Shown: in pieces, positions 46,751 through 60,760 of the stretch | Position numbering within the stretch: position 1 is the first letter of the stretch | Layout of the letters: each line of letters starts with the position of its first letter | NCBI RefSeq assembly: GCF_009914755.1 | Contig: NC_060930.1 | From: the human T2T-CHM13v2.0 reference genome, Homo sapiens | Reading direction: 5' to 3' (one strand) | DNA: 64,000 nucleotides | Made by a program: the position numbers and the translations under genes | The notes under the pieces: model-generated | Told to the model about the DNA's origin: nothing | Databases searched by the model: none | The model's input: only the letters and a program-made list of their open reading frames with translations

Positions 46751-47617
46751 CTTTTTTAAAACATTTTTATTGTGGTAAAAATATATATATTACATAAAAT
46801 TTGTGATTTTAACCATTTTAACTATACAATTCAGTGTTCTAAGTACATTCACAATGTTGTACAACCATCATCATTATCTGTTTCCAAAACTTCTTCTATC
46901 ATCCCAAACAGAAACACTGTGACTATTAAAAAACAACTCCTGCCAGCCCCTGGTAACTTCTTATTTGTTTTCTGTCTCTATGAATTTGCCTATTTTAGAT
47001 ATTTCATGTAAATTGAATCATACAATATTTTGTCCTATTGGGACTCACCCATTTCACTTAGCATAATGTTTCCAAAGTTCATCTACGTTGGAGCATGTAT
47101 CAGAACTTCTATCCTTTTCATAGCTGAATAATATTCCACTATACATATATAACACATTTTGTTTATTTACTCATGTGTTAATGGACCCTTGTGTTATTTA
47201 CGTCTTTTGGCTAATTCGAATAGTGCTGCAATGAACACTGACGTACAAATATCTGTTTGAGTCCCTGCTTTCAATTGTTTGAGGTATATACCTAGAAGTG
47301 GAATTGTCTGATCATATGTAATTCTGTTTAACTTTTTGGTAAATTGCCAAACTGTTTTCCACAGTGGCTGCACTATTTTACATTTTCACCAGTAATGTAT
47401 GAGAGTACCAATTTCTTCATGTTCCTGCCAAAACTTGTTATTTTCTTTTTTATTATTTTTATTACAGCCATCCTAGTAGGTGTAAAGTGAGACCTCATTG
47501 TGGTTTTGATTTGCATTTCCCCAGTGACTAATGATGTTAAGTATCTTTCCATGTGCTTATTGGCTATTTGCATATCTTCTTTGGAGAATTGTCTATTCAA
47601 GTACATTGCCCATTTTT
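46751..47617 (-). mobile_element. L1MB-type 3' end
   Basis: tttttattgtggtaaaa...cataaaattt...tacattcacaatgttgtacaaccatca; ORF2 C-terminal translation at 47373-47606. Confidence 0.85.
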
Positions 47618-47625
47618 CAAAAAAA

Positions 47626-50600
47626 AAAGACTTGATTATTTAGAGCAGTTTTAGGTTCACAGCAAAATTGAAGGATGGTACAGAGATTTCACACATACCC
47701 CTTCCCCCACATAAACATAGCATCTCCCAGTATCAAAATTCTGTACCAGAATGGAGCATTTCTTATAATTTATGAACCTATGTTGACACAAAATTATCAC
47801 CCAAATTTCATAGTTTACATTAGGATTTTCTCTTGGTATCGTACATTCTATGGACTTTAACAAATGTGTAATGACATATACTCACCAATATAGTATCATG
47901 CAGAATAACTTAAGCACTAAAAATAGATCTGTCCCTCAACCCAACAACCACTGATACTTTTACTCTCTCCATTGATTTACCTTTTCCAAAATGTCATGTA
48001 GTTAAAATCATGCAATATGTAGCCTTTTTAGATTGGCCTTTTTGACTTAGTAATATCCATCTAAGTTTCCTGCATTTTGTTTCATTACTTGATAAATCAC
48101 TTCTTTTTTAATGCTGAATATTCCATTGTCCTAATGTCACAAAGTTTATTTATTCATTCACCTGCTACGGAACATCCTGGTTGCTTCCAAGGTTTGGCAA
48201 TTATAAATAAGCCTCCTATAAACATTCATGTGATAGTTTTTATGCAGACATAAGTTTTCAATTAATCTGGATAAATACCAAGCAAGGCAATTTATGGATC
48301 ATATGGAAAGAGTGTGTTTAGTTTCTTTAAAACTAAATTGCCAAACTGTCTTCCAACATGGCTGTACTATTTTGCATTCCCACTAGCAATGAAATAGAGT
48401 CCCTGTGGCTCCACATTCTTGCCAGTATTTGGGGGTGTTATTGTTTTGGATTTTGGCCATTCTGATAGATGTGTAGTGGTATTTCATAGTTTGCAATTCC
48501 CTAGTAACATATGTTGCTAAGTATCTTTTCTTATGCTTATTTGCCATCAATATAACTTCTTTGATGAAGTGCTTGTTCAGGTCTTTTGCCCCCTTTTAAG
48601 ATGTGTTGTTTGTTTTCTTATTGTTGAGTTTAAAGAATTATTTGTATATTTTGGATACGGTTTCACATATGCAGTTTGCAAATGTTTTCTTCCAGTCTGC
48701 AGCTTGTATTCTCATCCTCTTGACAGTGTCTTTCACAGAACAGAAGTTTGTTAATTTTAATAAAGTCCAGCTAATCGATTATTTATTTGATGTTTTGTGC
48801 CTTTGGTGTTATTGCCACACTCAAGGTCATTGAGGTTTTCTCCTATGTCATCTTCTAGGAGTTTTACAGTTTTGCATTTTACATTTAGGTCTGTGATCCA
48901 TGTTGAGTTAATTTTTGGGAAAGGTGTAAGGTGTCTAGATTAATTGTTCTTGCATGTGGATATTCAGTTGTTCTAGGTTCGTGTTTTGAAAAGACTATCT
49001 TTGCTCCATTATATTGCCTTTGCTCCTTTACTGAACATCAGACATTTATGTAGGTGTATTTCTTGGCTCTCCATTCTGTTCTATTGATGTATTTGTTCTT
49101 TCACCAGTACTGCACTATTGTGATTACTGCAGCTTTATAGTAAGTATTGAAGTCATATAGTGTTAGTCCTTCAACTTCTCCTTCAAATGGTGGCTGCTCT
49201 AGGTCTTTTGCCTCTCCATATACTTTTGAAACAGGTTATCAATAAACACAAAATAACTTGCTGGAATTTTGACTGGGATTCCATTGTACCTATAGATCAA
49301 GTCGAGAAGAACTGACATTTTGATGTACTCAGTCTTCTTTTCTATAAACATGGGCTATCTCTTCATTTATTTATTACTTCTTTGATCTGTTTTAATAGAG
49401 TTTTGTAGTTTTCCTCATATAGATCTTTTGCATATTAGATTTATACCTAAGTATTTCACTTTTTAGGGTACTAATGTAACTAGTATTTTGTTTTCAATTT
49501 CAAATTCCACTTTTTCGTTGCTGGTATATAGGAAAGTGATTAACTTTTATATATTCACTTTGTATCTTGCAACCTCAGTGTAATTGCTTATAAGTTCCAA
49601 ACATTGTTTGTGTGTCTGTGTGTCAATTCTTTTCAACTCTGTACACAATCATGTTTTCTGTGAACAAAGACAGTTTTGTTTCTTCCTTTCCAATAAGTAT
49701 ATCTTTTATTTCCCTTCTTGTTTTATTGCATCAATTCAGATTTTCAGTGTGATGTTGTAAGAAGGTTGTGAGAGAAGACATTCTTTATCTTGTTCCTGGT
49801 CTTAGAGGGAAAGCCTCTAGTTTCTCAGCATTAAGTATAACATTAGCTGTAGGTTTTTTGCAATGTTCTTTATGAAGTTTAGGAAATTCCCCTCTATTCC
49901 CAGCTTGCTGGGAATTTTTTTTTTAATTGTGAATAGATGGTAGATTTTGTCAAATGCTTTTTCTACATCCATTGATATGATAATGTGATTTTCTTCTTTA
50001 GCTTGCTGATGTGATGAATTACATTTTTGAATTTAGAACCAGCCTTGCATACCTAAGATAGATCCCACTTGGTCATGGTGTTTAGTTCTTTTCATACATT
50101 ATTAGATTTGATTTACTGAGACTTTGTTGAAGATTTTGACCCTGGTATTTATGAGAGATATTAGTCTGTAGTGGGTTTTGTTGTTTGTTTGTTTGGTTGG
50201 TTGGTTTCGTTTTTGTCTTTTAATGCCGTTGTCTGATTTTGGTCTGATTTAAATGCCTTAGTCTGATCAGTCTCACGGAATGAATTGGAAAGAATTTCCT
50301 CTGCATTTTGAAGAGAAAAGATTATAGAGAATTTATATAATTTTTTCCTTAACAATTTGGTAGAATTTGCCAGTAAGCCCATTGGGGCTTGGTTCTTTCT
50401 GCTTTGGAGGGTTATTAACTATAGATTCAATTTAAAAAATAGATATGGAGCTATTCAAATTGTCTATTTCTTCTTGTGTGAGTTTTGTCCAATCATGTTT
50501 TTCAAGGAATTGGTACATTTCATCTAGGTTATCAAATTTGTGGACATAGAGTTGTTCATAATATTTATTATCCATTTAATGTTCATAAGATCTGTAGTGA

Positions 50601-52215
50601 TATCCTCTTTCACTTCTGATATTAATAATTTGTATGTTCTTTCTTTTTTTCTTAGTTACCCTGGCTAGAGGTTTATACATTTTATTGATCTTTCCACAAA
50701 ACTAGTTTTCAATTTTGTTGATCTTCTCTATTGATTTCCTATTTTCAATTTCATTGATTTCTGCTGTAACCTTTATTATTTATTTTCTTCTGCTTAATTT
50801 GGATTTCATTTTCTCCTCTTTTTCTGGTTTCCTAAAGTAGAACTTAAATGATTAATTTTAGATATTTATTCTATTCTAATATATGTGTTGGATGCTATAA
50901 ATTTCCCTCTAAGCACTGCTTTCACTGCAACCCACACATTTTGATAAGTTTGATTTTCATTTTCATTTAATTCAAAATACTTTTAAATTTTTTTTGATAT
51001 TTCTTCTTTGTCCCAAGTGTTATTTGAAAGTGTGCTATTTGATCTCCAAGCATTTGGGAATTTCTCAAATATCTTTCTATTGTTGACTTGTAGTTTAATT
51101 CCATTGTTCTTTGAGAGCAGACATTGTATTATCTCTATTCTTTTTAATTTGTTAAGGTGTGTTTATGCATCAGAATGTGCTCTCTCTTGGTAAATACTCT
51201 GAGTGAGTTTTAGAAGAATGTGTAATCAGCTGTTGTTGAATAGTCAGTTTATTGGTGTTGCTATTTAGTTCAACTATGTCATTATGGATTTTTTGCCTGC
51301 TGGATCTGTCCATTTCTAATAGAAGAGTGTTGAAGTCTTCAACAATAATTGTGGATTCATCTACCCCTCCTTGAAACCCTATTAGTTTTTGCCTCCGATA
51401 TTTTAATGCTCTGTAGTTAGGTGCATACACATTAAGAATTTTTATGTCTTCTTAAAGAACTGATCCCTTTATCATTATGTAATGCCCTTCTTTGTCTCTG
51501 ATAAATGCTCTTGCTCTGAGCCTTTGCCTCTAGACTATAAACTTCACAAGTGCTTCTCAGTTTTTCCCTCCTTAAGGTGGGCTGGGATGAGTAGAATTGG
51601 CTGGAGTTGGATATTTCCATTCTCCTACATGAGAGGCTGGAGAGGGCTCTAGTTGGGTATTTTTCTTGCCCCAGGTTGGTTAGGTACTGAGAAAAACCTG
51701 ATAGTTTATGCTTTGGTAAATAGTTTCTCTTGAGGGCAGGCCTTAAAAATAACATAAGGCTCTCGTGTATTTCAAAATGGTTAATTTCCCCTCCCTAGGC
51801 CACTAGTATGAGGGAATTTTTCTTCAATCTTTCTTTTGAGAACCTGGTTGATCTCCTAGAGGTAAAAGTCACAAATGTGTGTGCCCCCCCCTTTATAATT
51901 GGGTCTTCCTGGAGTTTTTAACTCTCTGACTTGTCCACGTTTACCTCGAAGCAATTCGTTAATTGCAGTTTAGGTTTTCCTACTACTGTGGTAGTGGGCC
52001 CCTCAGAGGTTTCTACTTGTGCTCTGGTAACTTGGTGATTCTTTGTATTCACCTGTCAATTCATCCAATTTGTGGGGCAGCAGTTTGCCCTGTGACTTCA
52101 CTTCTCTGACAGATCTATGAAGAGTTGTTGATATTTCATTTTGTTTAGCTTTACTTTTTGTTAAGATGAAAGGAAGACTTCCAAGCTTCTTTCATGCTGA
52201 ATGAGAAACCAAAGT
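47626..52215 (-). mobile_element. L1MC1-like element: 3' UTR, ORF2, then a jump to 5' UTR-like sequence
   Basis: agagcagttttaggttcacagcaaaattga (L1MC1-type 3' end). EN remnant YAPN...IIVEDFNTLL at 51170-51430. ORF1 appears absent. Confidence 0.8.
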
Positions 52216-54217
52216 CTCTCCTTTGTTTATCTTTAAATTCCGATTTCTACAAGATTTTCTGTTTCACCTAGGGTCAGTTTAGGTAATTTGTTTGTTTCTA
52301 GGAGTAACAATACCTTTTTAAAAGGATTTGTGTTTCTTGTGTAAGGCAGAGAGCTGAAGTTTACATCACTTTATTTCAGCCATAAACTTTCACCCTGTAC
52401 CTGAAAATCATCCTATAGCTCTTCTTAAAACTGAAATGTTTAACTTTCTCATTAGTTATCTGAAATTATTCATCTCAATATTTAAAATAAATTCAATAAG
52501 CCTCTTACACAATCATCTATATACTATGACTAATTTTGCCTCATCAGTAGTGTTACAGAGGGCTGTGATGTGTGGTTAGGTGTTTAAGAACCAAATTTCT
52601 ACCATCCTACCCCATCTGTCTCCTTTTTCCTCACTGTTCAATGGAAGCATATCAAGGTTTCTCTTGCAATAAGTCTATTCTAACTGTGTAGGTGCTTATA
52701 ACTGACTCACCACTCAACTACCTGAGAATGGTCACACTAATACATTTTTTAACAGTATTCCACTTCTTAAAGGTGATAAGCTTCCAATATGCTAAAATAA
52801 TTATCCTTTACAAATATCACTCTATGTATACAGCAATGTTTTACCAATATTAGCAGTGATACAGTAATAGGAAAATAAGCAGAATGTAGATGTCAGATCA
52901 ATAGGCCGAGCTCAGAATTTCAAGAGGTGCTTTATAATACTTGGTCATGTTCCTGTACGATGATCTCGTGATATAAGTGTTTTTTCCCAACCAGAATGAC
53001 TATATTGTGTATATCACTATATACAATAGATAAATGGCTAACATACAAAAGAGAGGAAACATAGCTGTCATGTAAAAAATGGTTTTAGTTTCTCTTTATC
53101 TCTTTTCTCTTTTTAAATAATGACAATGGTTTCACAGATGTAATTTGTGAGGAAAAAATTATAATTGAGATTAAAAGTTTAGTAAGTGAAAGAAATATGA
53201 GAATTATGTTAGCACATTAAATTCTATGATAACACAATTTATGGTAAATAATTAGGCATCAGGGCAATTATGAGCAGATGTCTTAGAACAACTAACCTCT
53301 CAGCTAGCCTTTGGTCATGTGTTTAGACATTTGACTGTTGGTACTGGTTCTTCTGAGAATATTGTCTCTGGAAGCCTTCCCCAAGGAATTTCTTTCCACC
53401 TTCATCTTTTCCTAAGCTGGTGATGGCTATAGTCCCAGTGGGCTTCTGTTTTGCTTCCAGGGCTCTGTGACTATCACTGCCTCTAGTAGGAGACTCCCCG
53501 AGGAGCTCACAGCTACCTCCAACACCAGGCTCTCCAGAACTGAAGCTGTGCCATCTTCATTAAAGAATAAGCTCCTGTCTTGCCTTGAAATTTGGTTACT
53601 TATGCTGTAACTATAAAATATCATAGAATAAATCAAGATAAATCATGCTAATAAACACAAATTTAAAAAAAAAACTGTAACTATTACTGAACTGCTGTCT
53701 AAGTTATTCCCACACCAAATACAAAAGCTACTACAGTTAACTCTAAGGCATAATAATTTCTACTTTCTTCTGAAAAGGAGCATATCCATGCTGTCATCAC
53801 AGGCTAAGGACCATTTCCCTAAAAATTGGAGGAATGTTGTGCTGTCTGTCGGTAATTATGCTGCTTTCACAAAACATTTATCCGAAGATCCAAGAAGTAG
53901 TATTCCATCTGGAAAACTAGCAATTTCAAATTCAGTCTTTTCGCTAATTATTATGGTATAGGGCTTCCAGGTATAATTTTAGGGATTCCAAAAAGCATTT
54001 TGCTAATGATAAATTAACTATGAACATTTTGGTTCAATATATGTACAGAATCATGCCATCTTTATCTTTCACTCTTACAATTACTTAGAGAAAAATACAT
54101 TACTTAAAATATAGTTCTTAATTTAAGTAAGCAACATAAAAGTAAATATTTATGCAACAATAGATTAGAGCATGACTACTTATTTTACAGAAAAGAAACA
54201 CAACCTTAGTTTATATC

Positions 54218-54426
54218 CAGGGCTGGTAAACTATCATCTGCAGACCACTTGTTTCTGCAAATAAAACTATATTGGAACACAGTCATGTCCACTCATTTAC
54301 ATTTTTCCTATGGCTACTTTTCTGATACAAAGGCAGAGTTGAGTAGTTACAACAAAGATCATATGGCATGCAAAGCCTAATATATTTACTATGTGGAACT
54401 TACCAAAAAAAGTTTGCCAATACCTG
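54218..54426 (+). mobile_element. MER58A hAT-Charlie MITE
   Basis: cagggctggtaaact...aaagtttgccaatacctg termini; internal ggcagagttgagtagtt. Confidence 0.8.
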
Positions 54427-55439
54427 GCTTAGATTTTCAAACAAGAGTGTTTTCAATGGTGGGCATCTCTGATGAATTTGGGGGTTTTCTTAATAAAACT
54501 TTAGCTTACTCATGACTTATTGTGAGTGCATCTGCTATTTGTAGGAGATCCACCCATACTTATAATAACTTTGAAAAACCCCATAATTTCCTTTTAATGC
54601 AGAAAGTCATGGGTTAATGTTCTATTAAAGGAAGAGAGGTGATGCATAATTCTATCCTTTTTGTATTAAGGACAGAATTGGTTGTCTATTAGCAGCAACC
54701 TATGTTTATATTAAGTGGCCAACCATGTTCATATTTTGTACCAATGGGTGGGATATGGTGGGGAATGGGAACAAAGACTAAATTGGCCTTATGGTTTTTA
54801 ACAATATCTGCAACTTTTTTGCTGCTTAGCTACAGAAAAAAATACACTACACTCACGTAGTGCAATCCTCTATCTTTTCTGCAGTTGTACCCAGGTTGCT
54901 TAGTACTGTTGGAGAAAATGTGCACACAACTGCACATTGGAGACACCAGATGCCCATGATCTAACCTCAGTCAAGCTTTCCTAAAATCCTTGTTTATATG
55001 GTCATCTCCATTTCCCATTCCCATATATTTGTTATATAACTTCATCATGATTCTTTCCTCATGAATTACTCTCAAAAGATTATCTTTACCTCTTCTTTGA
55101 TCAAACAGCAACTTCCTCTATGTCCATCTCTTTCCCTCCAACATGCATTAAATCTCTATATTCAGACTTATTATCTGCTTTTCTTTCATTTCAAGATAAC
55201 ACAGAGGATCGCACTATAAAATCAAACTCATGTGAATCAGGGCTCTTATCCCTAGAAAGCTTGCTAATAATTTCAAAGATACAAGCAATCAAGAGGAAGT
55301 GATGAAGCAGAGAGAAGTCCAAGACCTCCAGTGCAGCCTCCACACCCAGTATTTCATTCCTGAAACACCCATCCTAACCCTTGTTCCTGATCCCACCCCA
55401 ACTTTTCTTACTAACCACTCTCCGCCAGTGCAGATGATG

Positions 55440-55990
55440 CCTCTTCATTTGTTACAACTCAATTTAGATGCTGCTGCTTTCAGTAATCCTTCTCTGAATC
55501 CCTGTCTGGGCAGAGATGCTCAACCCATATGATTGCAGACACCCCATGCTTGACTGCATCATGTTACTCTCCTCGCTATATTGTATATGTTTTTCTATCT
55601 CCTCCCTGGATGGTAAGCAACTTGTAAGTAGAATTATGTTTTTCTGTATCTCTAGCTATTAGCCTGGTGCCTGCACCAAATTAGGTGTTTAATAAATGCT
55701 TGTTAAAGAATAAAAAATATTAAGGATCTCTGCCCTCTGGTACATTATAGGTTAGAATGGGAAAAGTCACATGGGGAGAAGTGATATAAATACAGTGTAA
55801 CAAGGGCTTTAATAGATGAAAAAACTATAAGAAGATCGGGGGGACCACTAACTCTGTCCCAGGTAGTCAAGGGGAATTTCATAAAGGCAGAGAAAAAATA
55901 AAGCTGCATTTTGAAGAGAGAATAGATTTTTTTCCAGGCAGAGACAAGAAGGAAGGATGTGTGGGGTAGAGAGAATGCTGCACCTGAAGT
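55440..55990. mobile_element. L2 fragments (plus strand to about 55710, then minus strand)
   Basis: L2 terminus gcctggtgcctgcacc...aataaatgcttgtt, then reverse-L2-like purine-rich sequence. Confidence 0.5.
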
Positions 55991-56945
55991 CATGATTATC
56001 ATTCTGCAAAACTCAAATATAACGATGAAAATTACGTACCTCATGTGATAAATTATTCAAGTGTTATGCTTTTGTTTTGTTATAGAAGGCATCTGGTATT
56101 TCAGTATTTACAAAGGAAGTGAATTTAGCCTAACATTTGTATTATTGGATGATGGAAATATTTTTAAAATTAGTGCATAACTTGAAGACAAACTTTTCGG
56201 TGGCTCATTATGCAATGATTATTAAAGTTATACTGTGAATTATTGATTTAGAAAGCAATTGAGTTTTAAAACTGCTAAAACTAAACTAATAAGCATTTCT
56301 TTTTTATGATTCATGCATCTGAGTACACAAGCCAATTATTTATATTTGTTAATTAAACAATTATTGTTATTAATTGAATGTTCAAATAACAAGTGGAAGT
56401 TCTCCACCATTTGCCCTAACATTCAAGATGAACTTTAAGGTAATATTGAAACCTTAAGGTACTATTTTCATTGTGAAAATGGATAGGAAATATAGTTTTG
56501 TAAAATAAACCAATGACACATAAGCTGGTTTTAAAGGTTAGTGCAATGTACAACAGCTGATAAACATATCAAAATCTTTAAAAATTACATGTAGTGAATT
56601 GTAATTTGCAAGAAGAACTTCATTTATCACTGGTTGTTAGTATTCTCATTGTGATTTAATACTCATTACAGACCAAGTTTGGAGAATGAATGGGCTGGGA
56701 GAAGGTATAGCAGATACATACAGATTATGAAAGTTTCCTGTGCTTTGAGTATTTACCCAGACAATTGTTTGTGGGTTCCTAGATCTCCAGAGGAAAAAAG
56801 GATGCGGTCCACAAGGACATTTACATACTAGGGAAACCAGGCCCTGTCCACAGAGGATTACACATTCTACATCCCCGGAGAAACTAAAGATAAATGATAT
56901 AAAATGGAAATAGTGCAGAAGGGACAGAGAAGGAAGCTCTAGAAG

Positions 56946-57168
56946 AGTGATTCTTAACCTGTGCTGATTGTGTCCTTCTCCTACCCCCAGGAGGGGATAT
57001 TTGGCAATGTGTGGAGACATTTTAATTGTCACAAGCAGAGGTTGCTACTGGCATTTAGTGGGCAGTGGCCAGGGATACTACTAAACATCTTATAATGCAC
57101 AGGATCATCTTCACAACAAAGAATTATCTAGCCCAAAATGTCAAAGTAGTGCCAAAGTTAAGATACTG
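56946..57168 (+). mobile_element. MER20 hAT-Charlie DNA transposon
   Basis: ggggatatttggcaatgtgtggagacatttt...gctactggcatttagtggg...aagaattatctagcccaaaatgtcaa. Strand follows the recalled consensus orientation. Confidence 0.85.
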
Positions 57169-58454
57169 CACCATTACTGTCTGCAGTTGTTTTTATGTGA
57201 AGAAACAAAAGAAATATGGATAAGAAATTAATAGCATTCACTTTTAGGTTATAAATGAAAAATATAGTTTTATATGGTATGCAAAATGAAAAATTTATTT
57301 GGCATATACAAAACAATATAAAGAAAAAATAAAAAATGTCTTGTCATCTCATCATCCAGAGGAAACCATTATTACATTTTTAAACTAATTTCTAGAAGTT
57401 ATTGTGCAAATAGGTTAGAAGGACACTATTAATCAGATGGTAAAACTGCTGCATTGGACAAGGGTATGCTATCAAGGTAAATTGGTAGAAATAACATGAG
57501 AGAAATTAGTAAAATTAAAGAAGAAATGTACAGGTTAATGAGAACTTGTGAAGAGACAAACAAGGAGAGAGAATCCCAGGAATCTATTTTGAATGAATTG
57601 AGTAGAGTTAAGTGTTTGCAGTGACACACACACCCTAATTCCTATGATTCTAGCGATGGGGCTAGTATCTTCTAATAATGTTGAATTAGAAAATAAAAAC
57701 AAAACACTTGAAAATGAAATAAATAGTAGAATCAGACACCTTGATTGGCAGGGATGAGTATGCGTACTACAGTCAGAATATGATATCTTTTGGGAAAATT
57801 TTGCATTATGTATAAATTGGTTTAACTAGACTTGCATGAAAGATAACTTTTGTATGTGATGTGCATTTGTTTCTTCCAGTGGTTTGTCTCAACCAGTGCC
57901 AATCACCGTAGCAATTAAAAATGCATACATCTTCATCTGTTCTCTATTTACTGACATTGTTGCACAGAAAACTTTGCATTAGGCAATGACAAAACATTTT
58001 TTCTTGACGGCCTATGTCAATGGGTTTAGAATTGGAACAATTGTTAGTCACTCCAACAGATCCCTCCTGTTGACTAAATCAATGAGAGGAACAACAGGAA
58101 TAGTACAAGGGGTTAACAACATGCACTATGTGAACACACGTGTGTTATGTTATGTAAAAACTTGGGGTCGTAAAGCATAGAGATTTAGTAGTCTGTTTTT
58201 TCATTTGGCATATGACATGAGCATCTTCTCATTTTATTAGTCTTCTAGACATAATTTTATCTTCTACACACAGAGAATTCATCACATGGCTCTACCATAA
58301 TTTACTAAACTAATCCTATTGTTGAACATATAAACTGCTTATAACTCTTCTCTGTTATAAAATACCTCACATCAAGCATCATTATACAATAGTTTTTAAA
58401 ATGAAATATATTTAGAAATAAATGTTGGGTGTATAATCAATTCACTGGACTTTT

Positions 58455-58830
58455 TGCTATTAACAGCTTTATTGAAGTATAATTTACATATCATACAATT
58501 TACCCATTTTATACATATAATTCAAAGATTACAGAATCATTGAATTGTGCGACCACCACTAATTCAATGACTACAGAATCATTGAATTGTGCAACCACTA
58601 CTACAATCTAATTTTAGAATATTTGCATCACTCCAAAAAAAAAGTCTTCTGCCCATTTACGATCACTCCCTTTCCCTAAGCAAACACTGATTTACTTTCT
58701 GTCTCTTTTTTTGGACTTTTCATATAGATGGAATTGTGGAGTATATGTTCTTTAGTGTCTGGCTTCTTTCACCAAGCATAATGCATCTGAGGTTTATCCA
58801 TGTTGTGACGTGCATCAGTACTTCATTCCA
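58455..58830 (-). mobile_element. L1MB/ME-type 3' end with internal 42-bp tandem duplication
   Basis: acagctttattgaagtataatttaca...caatctaattttagaatattt; duplication at 58519-58602. Confidence 0.75.
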
Positions 58831-58898
58831 CATTGGGCTTTTAAAGCTATCAATCACCTATCATGAGCATGCATGCTTTAGGTAATTTGACTTGGAAA

Positions 58899-59156
58899 TT
58901 TCTTTTTTTTCTTCCAACTTTTAGGTTCAGTGGGGACGTGTGCAGGTTTGTTACATGGGTAAATTGTGTGTCGCAGGAGTTTGATGCGCAGATAATTTTG
59001 TCACCCAGGTAATTGGCATAATAACATTTGCCAATGGTACCATTAGGTAGCTTTTCAATCTTCACCCTCTTCCCACCTTCAGACTCAAGTAGGCCCTGGT
59101 GTCTATTGCTCCCTTCGTTGTGTCCTTGTGTTCTCAATGTTTAGTTTCCACGTATA
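58899..59156 (-). mobile_element. L1PA15/16-like 3' end fragment
   Basis: ccaacttttaggttcagtggggacgtgtgcaggtttgttacatgggtaaattg. Confidence 0.85.
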
Positions 59157-59739
59157 ACTTCTGATGTGTCTCACTATCTGGTGAGTAGGGTTGATGGCAG
59201 ATCTTGGCTGAGTATCCACATGCCTCTTACACACCCAGATGTGAAGTTAATGACCTTTATTTTAATATTTGGATGCAGTTTAGGGCCTAAGAATTTCCCT
59301 GTTCTTCTCAGTTGGAAAACACATGATTTCTTCTTGCATTCCTTTTTTTCTAGATGAGTATTTCAGTCATAAGATTATCCCATTAGCTCTGATAATGATT
59401 GATCAAAAGACAAAATATATATGTTTGACTTGAAATTTTAACCTATCTAAAGATACTTTGCTGGTGATTAGCCATGGATTTGATTTATCATGGTAAGATA
59501 TCGAGAGACACAAATTTTTTTTTAAAAGGGAAGTCATGTTTTAAAAATCCGTCAATCCAGAGTACTTAAACTTAGTAGAGGACAGTTTACTAAAACCTCA
59601 TAAACAAGAGTAGGGAAACAGTAGAATGGCCCAGGATACATTCTAAAATATCTGAGGGGAAGGGATGTTTTTGGAAATATTATTAAATGTCAAATTGTTC
59701 CAAAAATAAAAGCTAAGAATATAGATAGCTAAGGTAGAG

Positions 59740-60187
59740 TGTGGTAAGCAGCATGATGACCCCCAAATGTGTGCACATACTGATCCAAAATGAACTTGGC
59801 AGATGTGATTAAGGATCTCGAGATGGAGAGATTATCCTGGGCTGTCTAGGTAAACTCATATAATCACAAATGTCCTTACAAGGGAAAGAACAAGATATGA
59901 GAGTAAAAAAAAAGGAGATGTGACAATGGAGGCAGACATCAGAGTCATTCAGAACCATGGGCCAAAGAGTGCAGGAGGACACTTGGACTCCTGTAGCTGG
60001 AAAAGGTAATGAATGGATTATTCCCTGGAGCCTCTAGAAGAAACACAGGCTTGATTACTCCCTAATTCTGGCCAAGTTCAACCGCTTTGGATTTCTGACC
60101 TTCAGAACTATAAAAGCATATATTTATTGTATTTTAAGCCACTAAATTTTCGGTAATTTGTTATAACAGCAATAGGAAACTAATACA
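59740..60187 (+). mobile_element. MLT1D-like MaLR solo LTR
   Basis: TGTGGTAAGCAG...GCAATAGGAAACTAATACA, with perfect TSD TAGAG (59735-59739 / 60188-60192). Confidence 0.9.
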
Positions 60188-60529
60188 TAGAGGCCTATGA
60201 TAAGGAGAGAGGGAGAGGACTCTGACCAGCATTCAGGGGGAAATGTGAGGGAGAGGAATGCCAGGAAATCCTGAGCAAACCCAGCTTCTGGAAGACATGC
60301 TGGGAGCAGGCCTCCAGCAGCGGTATCCGGGCTGGGGCCTGGGTTGTCCTCAAAAAGCTCTGAAATTCAAGCATCACATATCTTTCTGCTCTCCCTTCCC
60401 GCAGCACACAAATGACTCCAAAATGACTAATTCCAGTTTACCTTCAAGATGGGGCTTAACTAAAATATAATTTAAGTGCCCCTTTGTCTTATGTTTTTAC
60501 TTTGCTTTGTATGAGATTGAAATTGATAT

Positions 60530-60760
60530 TATTAGGCAGATCTAGTTTTGCACTTTGCTTTTCCTACCTTCTAGCCATGCCGTGGTAAGCAAGTGACATA
60601 ACATATTTACTATTTAATGCCCTCATCTGAAAAATGAGGAAATATTCGTATCTACCTTGTGTAGTTGCTAAGGAGATCAAATGAAGCAAAATGTTGGTGT
60701 TTAGACAGACATTGAAAACAGTAGCCATTATTTTTATCACCATCACCCCCATTATTATCG
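60530..60760 (+). mobile_element. MIR SINE
   Basis: cctcatctgaaaaatgagg...tatctaccttgtgtagttgctaaggagatcaaatga. Confidence 0.65.
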
